Assembly (NCBI RefSeq): GCF_009914755.1
Contig: NC_060926.1
Length of the DNA: 64,000 bases
Direction: 5' to 3' (one strand)
From: the human T2T-CHM13v2.0 reference genome, Homo sapiens
Below, in pieces: positions 33,731 to 52,416 of the stretch. Numbering within the stretch: position 1 is the first letter of the stretch; the number at the start of each line of letters is the position of its first letter. Made by a program: the position numbers and the translations under genes. The notes below the pieces were generated by a model that was not told where the DNA came from, made no database searches, and saw only the letters and a list, made by a program, of their open reading frames with translations.

Positions 33731-34109
33731 AGGAATTGCCTATCCCCTGTCCAGGCCAGGATCACCTGGACGGGGGTTCACAACACTTTAACCCGTGAGA
33801 GCATCTTTATGGTGGTAGACACATTAGCCTGAAGACAGCTTTGCTTGCTCAGCCTTGGACATCCAGGCCTGGCCTATGAGGGGCTGAGGAGCCAATTGCC
33901 CACAGGTTCCATCTGATCAGGAGGTGGTGGCTGGGGAGGCTCTTGCAGGGTGTATGTATGATATTGGCCTTTCTGTTGTCCACCTCCACCAGACCACGAA
34001 TGGATGGGAGGAGAATCTCCGTGACACGTGTCTCACCAGGGGAATAAAGAACACGCTTGTATTTCCTTAAAGCCAAGAAACAGCAATTGCACCTCACTTC
34101 TGCGGAGTG

Positions 34110-34320
34110 CTTCCTGTGTATCAGGCACAGAAGCCCGATGTATTCTCATTTCATCCTCACATCAGCCAATATGCAATAGGTTGATAGTCGTTACCTTTGT
34201 TTCTGAAGATGCAAAACAGGTTTGGTGCAGGAGTGTGACCTGCTAAGGGTCACTCAGCTGGGCAATGGGAATGCCAGGCTTTGACCAAGTCCTGTCTATC
34301 TCCAGAGCCCGTGACTTTGA
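34110..34320 (-). mobile_element. MIR SINE
   Basis: tgtattctcatttcatcctcac...gtgacctgctaagggtcactcagct...tccagagccc. Confidence 0.65.
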
Positions 34321-34997
34321 CTTTCACACCTGATTGCTTCTTTTCAAGGTGATTTCAACTAATCGTTTACCTAGAAACATTTCTAATTCTTTTATAACTA
34401 AAAGTGTTCTTAGGGAAATGCCATATCACTTAACCGTTCTTAGGCCAAAGTTTTCAAACCATTTCTTATCCCTGTGACTCCAAACGCCATTTGTGGACTT
34501 GACTCTTGGGGGCAGCCCCATGTGGGCATTCTTTGGGCATCCACACAGCATGGGCATTGACAGGCTCTGCAGCCAGCCCCAGCAATGAGATAGAGAAGGA
34601 GAGGGGAGCCGAAGGGGCCAGAGGTGATATGGAAAAGAGATGACAATGACTAGACAGTTATTGACTGAGGAAACGTTATTTCAAATATAATTATTTTCTG
34701 AATATCTTCTTCCTGTCTCCAGTGTGCAATAAGATGGACATCACCAGGTATCTTTGGAAATCATCTATGAGTTGGAAACATTTGGGTATTGGAGAAAATT
34801 AGATAAATTCACTGGGGGAAAAATTATCTTACTTTTATATATTTCCCAAAGAGGACAAGTACACTCAAAATAAATTTTCTTTCAGTGGCTGCCACAAGAA
34901 GCCATAAAAAATGTTGGCACCATCATAACAGAAATAAATTTACTTTTAAGGATAAAAAATATGAGTTAGAAGGAAAATCCTGATTGCTTAACAGATA

Positions 34998-35496
34998 TGT
35001 CAATCTAAAATAACAGAGTGGCCCTCCAAAGAAATGAGTTTGTTCAGGATCAGACAGAAGGGTTATAATCCAGATGTGCATGCTATGACTACTCATAGGC
35101 ATATCTGGAGAGGCTGAGGCAAAGGCAAACCTTTAAAGGCAAAAAGGAGAAGTATGTGCAGGTTTTGAAACAAAAGTTTATTGGTTACAGGGCTTATCAC
35201 AGGTGGCAAAGTGTGCACTGGCCAGTACTAGGAGAGGGTCTTCACAGGAGCGGCACTGACTGCAAGCTTGCAGTTTCGTAAGGCTACTTGCAAGGTTGCA
35301 GTTAGAACTGGCTGTTATTGGAAAGCTGTCCTCATAGAAGTGGGCTTAACTTCAGGGTTGTGGCTTGGGAGAGTCTCTTGTGGTAGTTCTTCTCATAAGG
35401 CAAATATACATGAGGGCTTTCCCTTCACGGCCTCCTGACTTCATTTTATTAGGATTTGACATAAGTGACTCTATATTGATTCTGACAACTTTCACA
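34998..35496 (-). mobile_element. ERV1 MER4-group solo LTR (MER65/MER67-like)
   Basis: Ends tttgacataagtgactctatattgattctgacaactttcaca, the reverse complement of a TGTGAAAGTTGTCAGAATC LTR start. Confidence 0.6.
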
Positions 35497-36187
35497 GATC
35501 CACACCCAGCCCACCCCCAACTGACATCACCTAGGGGTCTTTGCGGCCTGTTATCCCCGAGGACTTTCCCTGGCCAGCCTGTAAAAGTGTGGTCAAGCCC
35601 AAGAGTGGTTTCCAGCGGGCAGATGGGCCGGGTGAGAGAAGGATTCAAAAGCAGGTGTAGTCACTCTCTCCCCAATTTGAGCAGGGGGTGTGGGAATGGA
35701 GGGAGAAGTGCACACAGGTTCATCATAAATTACTTCCGGACCTGCCTCTAGTTAGAGAACACACAGCTTTCCAAATGGTATAGGTGACTAAGACGTACAA
35801 TAGATGCTGTAAATTTGTATAAACACCAGCTATTTTGCATTTCAAATATTCTAGCAGGACAAAAAGGGACAGCTTTCCTCTTTATTCATTCAAATGTATT
35901 CTAGTCCTTTTGTTTGATAATGAATTTCTTACTCCTTCTGTGCTGGCTCCCTCTGCCCCTGGAGTGTTCCTTACTTCTCCTTCTGAAAGGACCCAGTGAG
36001 AGCCTGAAATTGGAGATGGTGTGGAGGAGAAGGGACCAGAGAGATCAAAGAGGTCTAGAAGGGCTATGGATTCACAAGGTTCCATGGCCCAGAAATGTCA
36101 GAAATCCATCATTTCTCACCCTGTTCCCACTCTGTTCTCCCTCTCCCTTCTCTCAAAACCACAGCTCCCTCTAATTGCCTTCCCATG

Positions 36188-36343
36188 TCTGCCATTAACA
36201 AGAGTTCCTTCAGTCTCAACCACAAGCCAATGTCTTCTCTGCCATTAACAAGAGTTCCTTCAGTCTCAACCACAAGCCAATGTCTTCTCTGCCATTAACA
36301 AGAGTTCCTTCAGTCTCAACCACAAGCCAATGTACTTCTCTGC
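36188..36343. repeat. 50-bp unit tandem repeat, ~3.1 copies
   Basis: gccattaacaagagttcc recurs at 36191, 36241 and 36291. Confidence 0.97.
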
Positions 36344-36756
36344 AAGTACTGTTGCACCAGTACACTGGGTCTCCAGCCACCCACAGGGCCTTTGTAACAT
36401 GAGGTCCCACCCTCTGTCCTGCACCACACTTGTCCTTGAGCCACCTTTGGTACAGCATCTCTAATATTTGAAAGTTTGAGATGGTGAGATGAAGAATAAT
36501 TAACCAAGACTAAATGTTTAGAGTTTCCCTAGTTGAAGCCACTCAGGTGGAACGTATCACAGTGGTCACAAGGAGACGGCCCCCACTGTGCAGGGAAGAG
36601 CTGTCATTCACACCAGGTGAGGTCAGGAATAGACTGGGGCTGCTATAAATAATCGGTATGTTTGACATCATTTTAACTGCTCCAGGTAGGAACGACCGAT
36701 GTTTCAGTTGAGAACCTGTGATGTGTTGGTGAGAAGTCCATTAGAAAGTAATTATT

Positions 36757-37094
<338 letters not shown>

Positions 37095-37201
37095 TTAATA
37101 TTATATTAATAACTTTATATTATTATTAATTGTCCCCATAGCACAAATGAGAAAAAGAAGTGAGAAGGTTTGGAACTTTCTGGAAAGAAGTCACTTAGGT
37201 A

Positions 37202-38285
<1,084 letters not shown>

Positions 38286-38665
38286 AGGAAATGGTTCAGA
38301 GGCCGGAAGAGCAGCAGCTGGAATGTGGACTCAGCCTCTCCCCGCACATTCACTGCCTCACCCAGCCCCTGCGGCTGGTGGGTGTTCACTACTTACATTA
38401 ATCAATAATACTGAGAAAATTGCAATCGGTATTTTTTTTTAAGCACCTCACTTGGTCCCAGTGCTTGAGTCACTCCCAAGGAAACTAAAAGGTGAAAGGA
38501 ATTCAGATCTTTTCTTCAGTGTCTCAAAAAATGCCACAGAGAAAATAGACAAGCACAGAGAAGCAAGCTTTAATAACCTTTTTCCCCTTCTCTTTCTTAG
38601 TATCTCCCTAAAACCAACCACTGCTTCTCACAACACCATTCTCCCCCCACCATATAAGCCCCTTA

Positions 38666-39553
<888 letters not shown>

Positions 39554-39880
39554 TTATATTATTTTGTCCCTGGCACACAATCTAAAAAGAAACAAGGAGA
39601 GGGCCCCATGCCTGGCAGGTGATGGTGGACTGTCAGGTGTGTGCCGGTCAGTCTTGAGAAGTCAGCCTCTGACCTGGAGAGGGAGGAGGGAGGAGGCCCC
39701 AGGTGTCTAGGTTGACCCACCCCCTCTTGATTTTCTGCCCTGAGGATAAAACTCCCTGGGGTCTCAGCCCAAAGAAGCTGCCACACCGTGTCAAAGACAC
39801 TCACTGTCTTAATCATTTGTTTGTATTGCTCTGGTTATATTTTCCATAAGGTTTTGGTTCTTGTTATTTTGTTCACGTAA

Positions 39881-40039
<159 letters not shown>

Positions 40040-40154
40040 TAAAATTTCATAATTGCCTGTTATGGCGTAGTGATATTTATGGAATATAGCTCTCAGTGTT
40101 TTCTTCTAAATTATCTCTTTACTGTCCTGGTTTTATCTTTCTCTTGTTTATCAT

Positions 40155-40600
40155 TGCTATAGATTGAATTGTGCCCTCCCAGCCAAATTTGTCTATTAAA
40201 GTCCTTATCCTCAATATCTCAGAATGTGGCCTGGTTTGAAAACAGGGTCGTTGCCAACACAATTCGTTAACATGAAGTCCTCCTGGAGTAGGGTGGGCAC
40301 CCGATTCAATATGACTGATGTCCTTGTAAAAGGGAACATTCTGACACGGAGACACACAGGTAGAATGCCATGTGAACATGAAGGCTGAGGTTGGGGTGAT
40401 GCTTCTACAAGTCAGAGAACCCTGAACATTGCAGGCAATCCACCAGAAGCTGGGAGGGAGCCCTCAGAACCCTGGGAAGAAACGAGCCCCCTGACACATT
40501 GATCTCGGACTTCCAGCTTCCAGAACTGTTAGAGAATAAGTTTCTGTGTTGAAGCCCCCAGCTTGTGGTACTTTATCAAGGGTGCCCTGGAAAACTGACA
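40155..40600 (+). mobile_element. MLT1B/C LTR
   Basis: tgctatagattgaattgtgccc...gccatgtgaacatgaaggctgag...ccagaactgttagagaataag...ggaaaactgaca. Confidence 0.85.
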
Positions 40601-40709
40601 CAATCATTTAAAAATCATTTATGTTGTTCTTTCACTTTTTACTTTCTTTTTCTCCTTATATTTCAGTCTTGTCATTCCTACTTCATTTCTGTTTTTTAAA
40701 GTCTGCTTT

Positions 40710-41018
<309 letters not shown>

Positions 41019-41220
41019 TTATCTCTGTGAATATTTGAATCTTTTCTTTCATTATTTTCAAACTTTATTTCTCTTGCTCCCTTGATTTTATTTTATTCTT
41101 TGTACCATGTAGCATATTTTGCCTCTGGTCCTCTCAATAGTTTACCAGGTTGGTGCTACTAGTGTTTGTCAATATCATCGCCTCTCTCCTTGCTGGGGCT
41201 TGGGTTACAGGGAAGAAGTG

Positions 41221-41635
<415 letters not shown>

Positions 41636-42278
41636 CTAAAAATTCCCCACGTGTTTATCTTGAGACTCCCAATCCAAACAGTTTCTCCGAAGACCATTAT
41701 GATTCTTCAGGTATGGGTTAAACGTTTGACTATTGGAACATCTATTTTGTACATCATACACCATTGGGTCACAGCTGCCTCATGAGCATGGGCTCAGACA
41801 GCTTGGGTCAGGTTTAATGTTCTGCCCTCACCGTCTCAAACTCCTTAACAGCTTCTGCACTAGGCCCTGCAAATTGGGTAACTGCTTCTGTTCAGCATTT
41901 TGAAAAATCCCTCCTCTCATGTCTTTAACCACCAGATGCTGAGAAGTCACACAAACTTTGTGCTGTACATGAGCAGGTCCACCAAGAAAGGACCATTGTG
42001 CAAGGCTCAGGCAGGATGTCCCTGAACTCCCGCCGGTCTCCATGGACAGAAGCTGAGGAGAGGCTCTGCAGCCAGGCTCTTGAAAGCCTTTCTAGCCAGC
42101 CTACCTCAAAAGTAGTATGTTTCCAGTAGGGCTGGAATGCATCAATTTGCAAAAATGTACTTTTATAATCTCCAATACCTAAAAGAGAAGGTTGGAAAAA
42201 GAAAATAATTCTGTGATAGGTTGATGGTTGTTGGATGACATTTCAGCTCTCACTGGGGACTCAGAGAGAGCCAATAGG

Positions 42279-42556
<278 letters not shown>

Positions 42557-42560
<4 letters not shown>

Positions 42561-42862
42561 GAAAAAAGAAAGGAAGAAAGGAAGGAAGAGGAAGAGAGAG
42601 AGAAAGGAAGGGGGGAAGGGAGGGAGGGAGGGAGGGAAGGAAGGAAGGAAGGACGGAAGGAAGGAAGGAAGGGAGGAAGAGAAAAGAAGAGAAAGAAGGG
42701 AGAGAAGGAGGGAGGAGGAAGGAAGGAAGGGAAAGGGAAGGAAGGAAGGGAGGGAGGGAAAGGGAAAAGAGAAAGGAAGAAGGGAGGAATGGAGGGAGGA
42801 AGCGAGAGAGAAAGAAAGAAAAATAAACAAAGGAAGGAAGGGAAAGGAAGAAGAAAGAAAGG
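42557..42862. repeat. GA-rich polypurine tract derived from an Alu tail
   Basis: About 300 bp that is almost entirely A and G. Confidence 0.95.
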
Positions 42863-43559
42863 TCTACAGGCCTTGGTAAGCCCCAAACTTGGGATCCCAG
42901 CACCTGCAGCAGCCCCGAGCTCCCTGTGTACCCCAGTTCTGCAGTGTTTTCCCCCCAGCTCCATCCATAGACCCCATCTTGGCCTCAATCACCAGTCTAC
43001 AGTTCACTCTGGCTTCCTTCCCACCCGATCTCCCTCCCAGGACTGAGACCCACCTTGACCCTCCAGGTACGAGCCTGCTTCCCTCCCTAGCAGCAGCCAT
43101 CCTCGGAAACACGGCATCATCGCATTCCCATTAGTGGTTTCCTCAAAGAATCTCTCCTTGCTCAGCTGGGCCTGGCACACTTCCCAGCACCCTTCTTGCC
43201 TGGATTTCTCCCCACTGAACCTCGGGCCTTCGAAGCCCAGCTGCATTGCTAAGGCCAGCCTCACTGCCTGATTAGAGTCCCTCAGCCTCGTTGGCAGGTC
43301 CAGATCCTGGACGTAGATTCCCAGCTTGCCTGAGCAGGTTCTCCTTAGAAAGCAAAGCAGAACAGAACTCATGAATATGCAAAAAAAAGTATTTTCATAA
43401 TCTCCAAAGCCCAAAAGAAGACATTTTTTGAAAATGATGGTACACTAGGCAGGTGAGTTGTTGCATGGCATTCTCTTTTTTCTCCAAAGTTTCATAAACA
43501 TTTTCTGCTCGTTTAACAAAGAAGAAAATTTTATTTACCTTGCCAAACATTCTAAAGTA

Positions 43560-44030
43560 TATCTGGACAGTATATTCTCAAGAATACCTGATCAATTTTT
43601 TAAAAATAAAGATAATGAGGTAAGACATACCCTAAGGGTTATCATAAAGCAAAACAAAACAACGACTGAAAAAACAACAGCAATAAAAACAGTACAATTG
43701 GCCCTGAAACAAACAAAATTAAAACCACACAGACACACAATGTGATAAATAAATGTAACGTGTTATAAAGGCAAAATTACAAACTAGTTAGAAAATGAGA
43801 GATTTTCCAGCAAATCATGTTTGCATAATTGGCTGAGTTTCAGACACAGAGTTAAGTTTGTTTTTTTTTTTTATCTTGAATGAAAATGGGTTCCAGATGG
43901 ATTAATGATTTTAATATATAAAACAAAGTCATGAAAATAATAGGAAAGAAAACAACAGAAAGATTTGTATTAAATCAAGGCCAAATAGGGACTTCTAAGT
44001 ACAACACAAAAGACACGCATGTCAACAGGA
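43560..44030 (+). mobile_element. Ancient L1M ORF2 fragment
   Basis: caataaaaacagtacaattggcc...ttccagatggattaatgattttaatatataaaac. Confidence 0.55.
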
Positions 44031-44376
44031 GAGTTTTGACCAGGGCAGCCAGACAGGGACAAGGCCAGCAACCTAGGGTGGAAACGGTAGCTCATATAAC
44101 ACGTGTGTAAGGATCTGAAATTATAAATCAAGCTAACAGATTGTTAAATTAAAGATGTTTTATCCTTCTCTATACTGTCATAAAACAAAAACATGAAATT
44201 CATAGAAAGCTATGCTTTTTAAGATTGGAAGTTAGCAAAATATCAAAGACTGCATGTCATAATGATTGTGTTGTGTTTGGGTATTCTGTTGCTGAGCCAT
44301 CAATATGTGGGCAAGTCGTAAAACAAGCATAAATAACAAATAAAATGTTATATTTCATTCATACAAATTACTTTCG

Positions 44377-44686
<310 letters not shown>

Positions 44687-44867
44687 TCACTTCAGTAAAA
44701 ATCACTACATTATTTTAAATTTTTTAACATAATTTATATATTCCATTGACTCTAACAATCCAAAGGATTATAAAGCAAAACTTAATGGCATTTTAAGTGT
44801 ACAAAATTTGAATTTTCTTCTTCAAAAATATACATTGAATGAATATTAAAATCTAAAATTATTGTAA

Positions 44868-44970
44868 GAGAATGGCGTGAACCCGGGAGGCAGAGCTTGC
44901 AGTGAGCCAAGATCATGCCACCGCACTCCAGCCTGGGCAACAGAGCAAGACTCTGTCAAAAAAAAAAAAA
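44868..44970 (+). mobile_element. Severely 5'-truncated AluY
   Basis: gagaatggcgtgaacccggg...gagcttgcag; TSD aaaatctaaaattattgtaa / aaaatctaaaattattttaa. Confidence 0.92.
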
Positions 44971-45239
44971 ATCTAAAATTATTTTAATTAGTTTTTGAAA
45001 AATATTTTTCTTCTAAAATATCTGTGATAACTTATTACAATTAAAAGGCAAAGTTTTAATTAGTGGCTATCAGAATTTTCAATCAAAATTTTTTGTGCAA
45101 AGATAAAATTTTAAATTTATTTTTGTTAATTAAATCTTACTAAATAATAAAAATGATACTATTTCCAATCCTAGCAATCACAGTCCTTGTTGCCAATATG
45201 AAGAAAGGGAATCTCATGCTTCACACCTGTTGTGTTTAG

Positions 45240-45579
<340 letters not shown>

Positions 45580-48189
45580 ATGGTATAAATCTTATAGAGA
45601 GAATAATGTATGTGTGTATATATAAAATATTGTTTGTACAGAAATTATTTTAATCCTTATAAATATTCCTATCTAAAAAGATCTCCGGATTCAAGAATTT
45701 GAATCCAGGCAAAGAAGCAAGAAAACAGACATGCAACCCAACCAAGAGATTGTGCTTGAGCATGCAAGAACTGATTGAACGCGTACCTGCCATGAGACAG
45801 GGATTGACCAGGTAATCAATGTCTTTCTTCTCATCGAAGCACCTCTGTCTCCCGGTTCTCCACCCCAGAGCCACGTACCCCTTTAGCCTCGGCCGCAGCA
45901 CAGCATATACACTGCCCTAGTGTTGGGACATGATCACCTTTTGTTTTGAGGATGTCGAGCAAGAGGTGAGGATTTTTTTTCCAGGAAGCCAAATAGTTTC
46001 AGTCACAACAGTTGTTGTTTAGGATACAGATCCCACTGTACCAGGGCCAGGCACACCCAATCCCCAAGTGAGCATTGGCTTTGACAACATTCAAAAATCA
46101 CTTATTTATAAAGCAAACAAAACAAAACAAAAATTCCATGAATAAAATTTAAAAGCAAAAATACATCTGCAACAGACATGACAAACCAAAGATTCAAACC
46201 ATAGTGCCACTACTGTGTGAAAACAAAACAAAACAAAACAAAAACAAAAAAAAATAAGGTTTTTAGAATTATCCCTAAAGGAAAATTGAAAGATAATGAC
46301 ACCAAGCAACTGACAAAAGAAAAACGATAGATGGCCCCAAAAAAGTCATTCAAACTTATTAGTAGCACTTGGCTTCCAGGGAAAGGGCCTGGATGGATTT
46401 CCTGGCAGGTGGCAGGCCTAGTGTTTGCAAGTTTAGGAGAAACAGGAATGGGAGTCCATGAGGGAGGGGGATTGGGAGGAGAGCCAAGGCCCCGAAGATC
46501 CACTTTCAGGAAGCCATGTGGGGTCATCACCGTCGCTGTCACAGAGAGATCCAGGAGGTGATGGACTTGCAGATTCACCTTGGGAGTCAGGAGATGCAGG
46601 AAAAGAGAGGCTGTGCTTTGCTTTGGACGAGGGCATTTTGTTACGTGAGAGGAGGACAGAGGATAACTATTACCCCTGTTGCTCTGTGGGCCCATTTTGT
46701 GCCAACCTCTGTGCAGGGCACCTTCAGGGGCACTTGTCTGAAACCCGACAGTCTTTTTTCTCATTTGCCAGTGACCTCTGAAAGAGCTGACTCTGTAAAA
46801 TGATGGCTTTGCCAAATGCAGATTCCATGATCATTCAATAATCAGGGATTTGAAGCTGTTTTAAGTAACCATTTCTTCTACTAGCACAAAAATTAAAATC
46901 ACCAGCTTTTGCTTAGATGTATTAAACTGGATGTCTAAAACATCATTTCTTCTTTCATAAAATACATAGCTAAAAATTTTCTGTTACCATGATTAACAAA
47001 CTAGCAGTAAGCATTTAACTAGAAGTTCAGGACCAATGGCCAGTGAGGCTAAAATTAACTTGTTTTTATTTGCCATTAACTGTGCGAAACATCTTTCTAT
47101 TTAACAATAGACTTCATAAGTCATTATTGGGAGTAAATATGACAAGAGCCAAGCCTTGGAAGCCACCCAAGGCTGCGGTAGGCTTGCCACCATATTGTAG
47201 GTTTATGTATTAAATGATAGAAGCCCAGATACAAGTTATAACACTTCTCTAATCCATCCTTTCCATAGCCACGTTCTCATTAGAATACTATGCTAAAGTA
47301 AGTGGCACTAATTTTATTCTAGATTTAACTAAACTGAAATAATTGCAATGCTCCATTTTTTTTTTAATAAAGAGACTATTCTCCATCAATCCAGTGGATT
47401 CTTGCACTCTGCTACTCTCCTGGGTCTCCCACCCATGAATAACCATCTACTTCCTGGATGAGCTCACCCAAGGTGTTAACCACCAGCTGCCTTGAAGAGT
47501 TTCTCCAAAGCATAATTTCTGCATCTGAAAATGTATCTGATTTTGCTAAATAAGCACTATCTAAAAGCACCAGGAAGAGTGCAAATTTGTATCCTTCTTG
47601 AGTCTGGAATAGCAGCCCCTGGAGAGACTTGATTCTAAAATACCTCAGGGGACACCTAACTCCTGCCAAGGTCATTGTCCTCTGCCTCCTGTGAGCTTCA
47701 CAGATAGAGTGTCAGCGTCCTTTGGCCGTTCTAAGACATGCAGACACTAAGGCCTTAGGAAAGCCAACTTTCATCTGTTTCTTGATCTTCTCTAACGACC
47801 CATCCCAAGGTTTTGTCGCTAATATCATTGTTGCCGTTTTGCACTGTGCTTTCTGCCACTGAACTAGAATGACCAAAGCATTTTCATGAAAAAGTTGACA
47901 CAGTATACATAGCCAGACCACTAATACACCTGGATAAACCAATAACTTTAAATTTATAAATTTTATTAAAATTTTATTTGAAAACAACCAGGAGATGCTG
48001 CTTCACCTTGGGTCACCCTGCTGGTGCTCATGCATGGCTGTACTTACACAGTTAGTCTAAATTCACACCATACCTAACACTTCCATGTTCTAAGGGTTAA
48101 AGATAATAAACCTAAGCATGCTGGGACATAGTCGGTGCTTGCCAAGTGTCTGTTTAGTGTTAATTATTGTGTTCACCTAGACTATTTGG

Positions 48190-48447
48190 GGTTTTTCATT
48201 TGTTTGTTTGTTTTTTATTACCAAGTCTCGCTCTGTCGCCCAGGCTGGAGTGCAGTGGCACGATGTCGGCCTCCCTAGTAGCTGGGATTACAGGTGCGTG
48301 CCACCACCCCCAGCTAATTTGTGTATTTTTAGTAGAGATGGGGTTTCATCACATTGGCCAGGCTGGTCTTGAACTCCTGACAAGTGATCCACCTGCCTCA
48401 GCCTCCCTAAGTGCTGGGATTACAGGCGTGAGCCACTGTGCCTAGCC
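48190..48447 (-). mobile_element. AluS with an internal right-arm deletion
   Basis: gatgtcggc is joined directly to ctccctagtagc. Confidence 0.88.
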
Positions 48448-49175
48448 AACCACTTGGTTTTTATGATGCTGTCTGAAGCAGAATACATTTGTGAGCTCTT
48501 AAAATGCTAACTGATCTTCCACATTATCCCATGACTCACTCCCAGCCTCAGGCTTCTGGCAGGAAGGGCCGGTTTGGCTGGAGAGAGGACTTGGCTTTGG
48601 CACTAGACTCTGCACTGGGGCAAGGCAGATGCTGGGGGAACTTACAGAGATGCTGAGTCCAGTGGGAGCCCCCATGTTCAAGGGATGCACAAAAACACCC
48701 AGACATGGCTCAGGAATTCCAAGGCCAGATGGTGCAGGGGGCACTGATGTGGGACGGAAATGGTCAGACATCAGGCAGGAAGTTAACACTGGTCTGGGTG
48801 GAGGGAGGACAGCACAGAGATTTGTTAGATTTGGGTCCCTGGGATGGAGACACCAAGCCCCAGTGAGACAGGGCCACTGGACCCATTGCAGGGATGGAAA
48901 CAAGGACAAAGGCCAAGGTCTAGGCAGAATTACCTGTACCTGCTCAAAGGCTCAGAAACAAGAGGAGATTTATTTCTAATGAACCACCTAGTCAGAGTTG
49001 GGCTGGTTGCAGAGGGGAAACCTTGCCAAGCCTTTCGGGGTTGGGCTGGTTTAAGCATTTGTCCAAGAAGGAAGGGGAGAAATAAATGTCCTTGTGGCCC
49101 CACCTAAAGGAAGAAGAGGGCCTTTAAGGCTGGGCTACATTTGAGGTGAGAACTGACATAGAGAATTACCATTAA

Positions 49176-49557
<382 letters not shown>

Positions 49558-49960
49558 CTATTGTAAAAACTGGGATAAAGATGTAACATTAAACACTGGA
49601 TTTCTCTCCAAACTGGATGGCTTTTGAAATCAGATTTCTAGACATGTGAATAAGTACATACAGCAAGAGAATATAACCACAAGGAGACTTTTGTTTAAAA
49701 AACTCTTACTTCAGATTCTCACTTCTTAAATCATGGCTAACAGTTCCTACTACTGTTAGAAAAAGCTGTAAGCCTTTGAAATTCGTCAAAATAGAAAACA
49801 AAGGATTACTGTGTGTTCTTTCTGGGGATGGCCATTAACAATCTCTGAGCTATTTTACAACTCTTTAATTAGAAAACGGATACAAATTAGTTTTGCCCAG
49901 ATAGATGCAAATTTGTTGTATCTGGTGGAATGCAATTATTAGCCACCCATTTTGCATCTA

Positions 49961-51026
49961 CAGTTCACTACTGAACAACCTGGGGTTAGGGACGCCGACC
50001 CTCTCCCCAGTTGAAAAATCCATGTATAACTTTTGACTCCCACAAAGCTTAACTACTAATAGTCTAACTGTTGACTGGAAGCCTTACCAAGAGCATAAAC
50101 AGTTGATTAACACATATTTTGTATTTTACATGTATTATGTACTGGATTCTTCCAATAAGGTAAGCTGGAGAAAAGAAAAGGCATTATTAAGAAAATTGTA
50201 TGGAAGAGAAAATACATTTACAGTGCCGTACTGTGTGTATTGATACCATAAGCTTCCTTTGTCTGTTTACAAGGTAAATCAGCTGTCTGAAACAGCAGGC
50301 AGCTGCAGCTGCAGACCTCAGTCTATGGTACATACCGAGCAATTCAACTTCTTCTTGTAAAGTCATGACTGATCTCTGCTTCTTGGGAGCACTTCCAGCA
50401 TTCCTAGTGGCCCTTCATATGGGTCCCATGGTGTTATTCAAGGTTTATGGTATTGCACTAACCACAGTGTAAACTCCACGAGCACCACGAGAGATCGCTT
50501 TTTACTGTGATGTGCAATTTACTGCAGAAACGAACTGCTCACAGGGAGATAAGTGTCATATGGCATTTTAAGCAGATACTGGCAACACTTGAGCTCACCT
50601 CAATAGCAACAGGAGGTGGCTACAAGCCTGTCACAGTGGTACAGCAAGGGTTGCAGTTAATTTCATGCAGTTATGACTTCATGCTGCATCATTACATTTG
50701 TTCACCTTTTTCTCAACTGTGAATGGTGCCATATACAATCTGTGCTTGTGTGTATGTTTTGATAAATTTTAACTTTCTGTAAAGGATTTGTGTATACTTT
50801 ATGGTAGTAAATGGTATAATAGACTAGTATCTACATATGCTTTATGTATTCATGACATACCTAACTTTTTCTTAATTTTTTCTATATTTGTAGGCTATGC
50901 CATTCATCTACAAGTTTTTCAAATTATCAAAAATCTCCAAAAAATGTTTCCAACATGTTTACTGGAAAAAAATTACGTGTAAGTGGACCTGTGCAGTTTA
51001 AATCCATGTCGTTCAAGGGTCAACTG
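49961..51026 (-). mobile_element. Tigger2b-type non-autonomous DNA transposon
   Basis: TIRs cagttcactactgaacaac and gtcgttcaagggtcaactg, flanked by TA; length ~1066 bp. Confidence 0.85.
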
Positions 51027-51044
51027 TATCTGGAGAATCATCGC

Positions 51045-51345
51045 TTTTTTTTTTTTCTTTTTTTGAGACAGAGTCTCGCTCTGTCACCCAGGCTGGAGTG
51101 CAGTGGCATGATCTCGGCTCACTGCAACCTTTGACTCTCTAATCAAGTGATTCTCCTGCCTTAGCCTTTCAAGTAGCTGGGACTCCAGGCATGTGCCACC
51201 AGGCTTGGCTAATTTTTGTATTTTTAGAAGAGACGGGGTTTCACCGTATTGGCCAGGCTGGTCTCAAACTCCTGGCCTCAAGTGATCCTCCCACCTCAGC
51301 CTCCCAAAGTGCTGAGATTACAGGCGTGAGCCACGGCACCCAGCT
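51045..51345 (-). mobile_element. Alu (old S or J)
   Basis: Antisense dimer; TSD ctggagaatcat. Confidence 0.92.
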
Positions 51346-52122
51346 GGAGAATCATTTCTGCATCTCTTTTCTGCCTTTATGCCTGTGGTACTTTGAATTC
51401 TCCTTGGAGCAAGTTGTGACATCTTACTGGTTCCCTTATTCGTTAATGGGTTAAAGAAAATCCTTGACATGTGTTTATTTTATATTAGCCTGAGAATTAT
51501 GATTAAACTCTCTTTTAAATATTCTCTTTTAGCACAACAGAGCATTCAATCCATTGAAAAGATGCAAGGCACTGTGTATGTGTCCTAGAACATAAACAAA
51601 GTCAAAAGAGGCAGCCTTTGTGACAGAAGAACTGAACTGTTGATTGAAGACTGGGCTCCCGTCCCGGGGCTGGCAGTGGCCGTGCAGGCAGCCGTGGGCA
51701 AGTCTGCGCCCCTCTCTGACTCTGTTACCCCTCTGGGGGGATGAAGGTGAATTATTGTAGCCCTGATTCCTGTGGTTCCACACCATCAAATCCAACTAGA
51801 TTTATCTTTGAATGTGTGGCTTACAATCTAATACAAATGTAACATCCTGTCTTATCCTAAAGGATGAATCCAAAACATCAAAATTGAGTTAAAATACAGT
51901 TTCCTAAATAAAGAGCAAAAATATCTGTTTACCCATGACTAAACATGAGTGCAGGGCACTCCCCAACAGCCAGATTCTGGTCTTGTCCCTCTTTGAGGGA
52001 CAGCTACTCCAGCAGCTGAGGACTGCCAGGAACTTTAGTGGGACTTTGATCACTTATGAAGGGAATGTAAGGAGGAGAGGCATGGCTGCGGGACTGCACA
52101 GGCAGAGCCTGGCTGCAACTGA

Positions 52123-52416
<294 letters not shown>

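Noticed and set aside
36188-36343. Regularly spaced repeats resembling a CRISPR array
   Set aside because: The units are contiguous with no unique spacers, there are no cas genes, and the context is a primate genome.
45650-46815. ORFs up to 201 aa and donor-like sites (ccag|gtaatc, agag|gtgagg)
   Set aside because: The peptides look random or low-complexity and isolated splice-like motifs are expected by chance; lncRNA exons cannot be excluded without RNA data.
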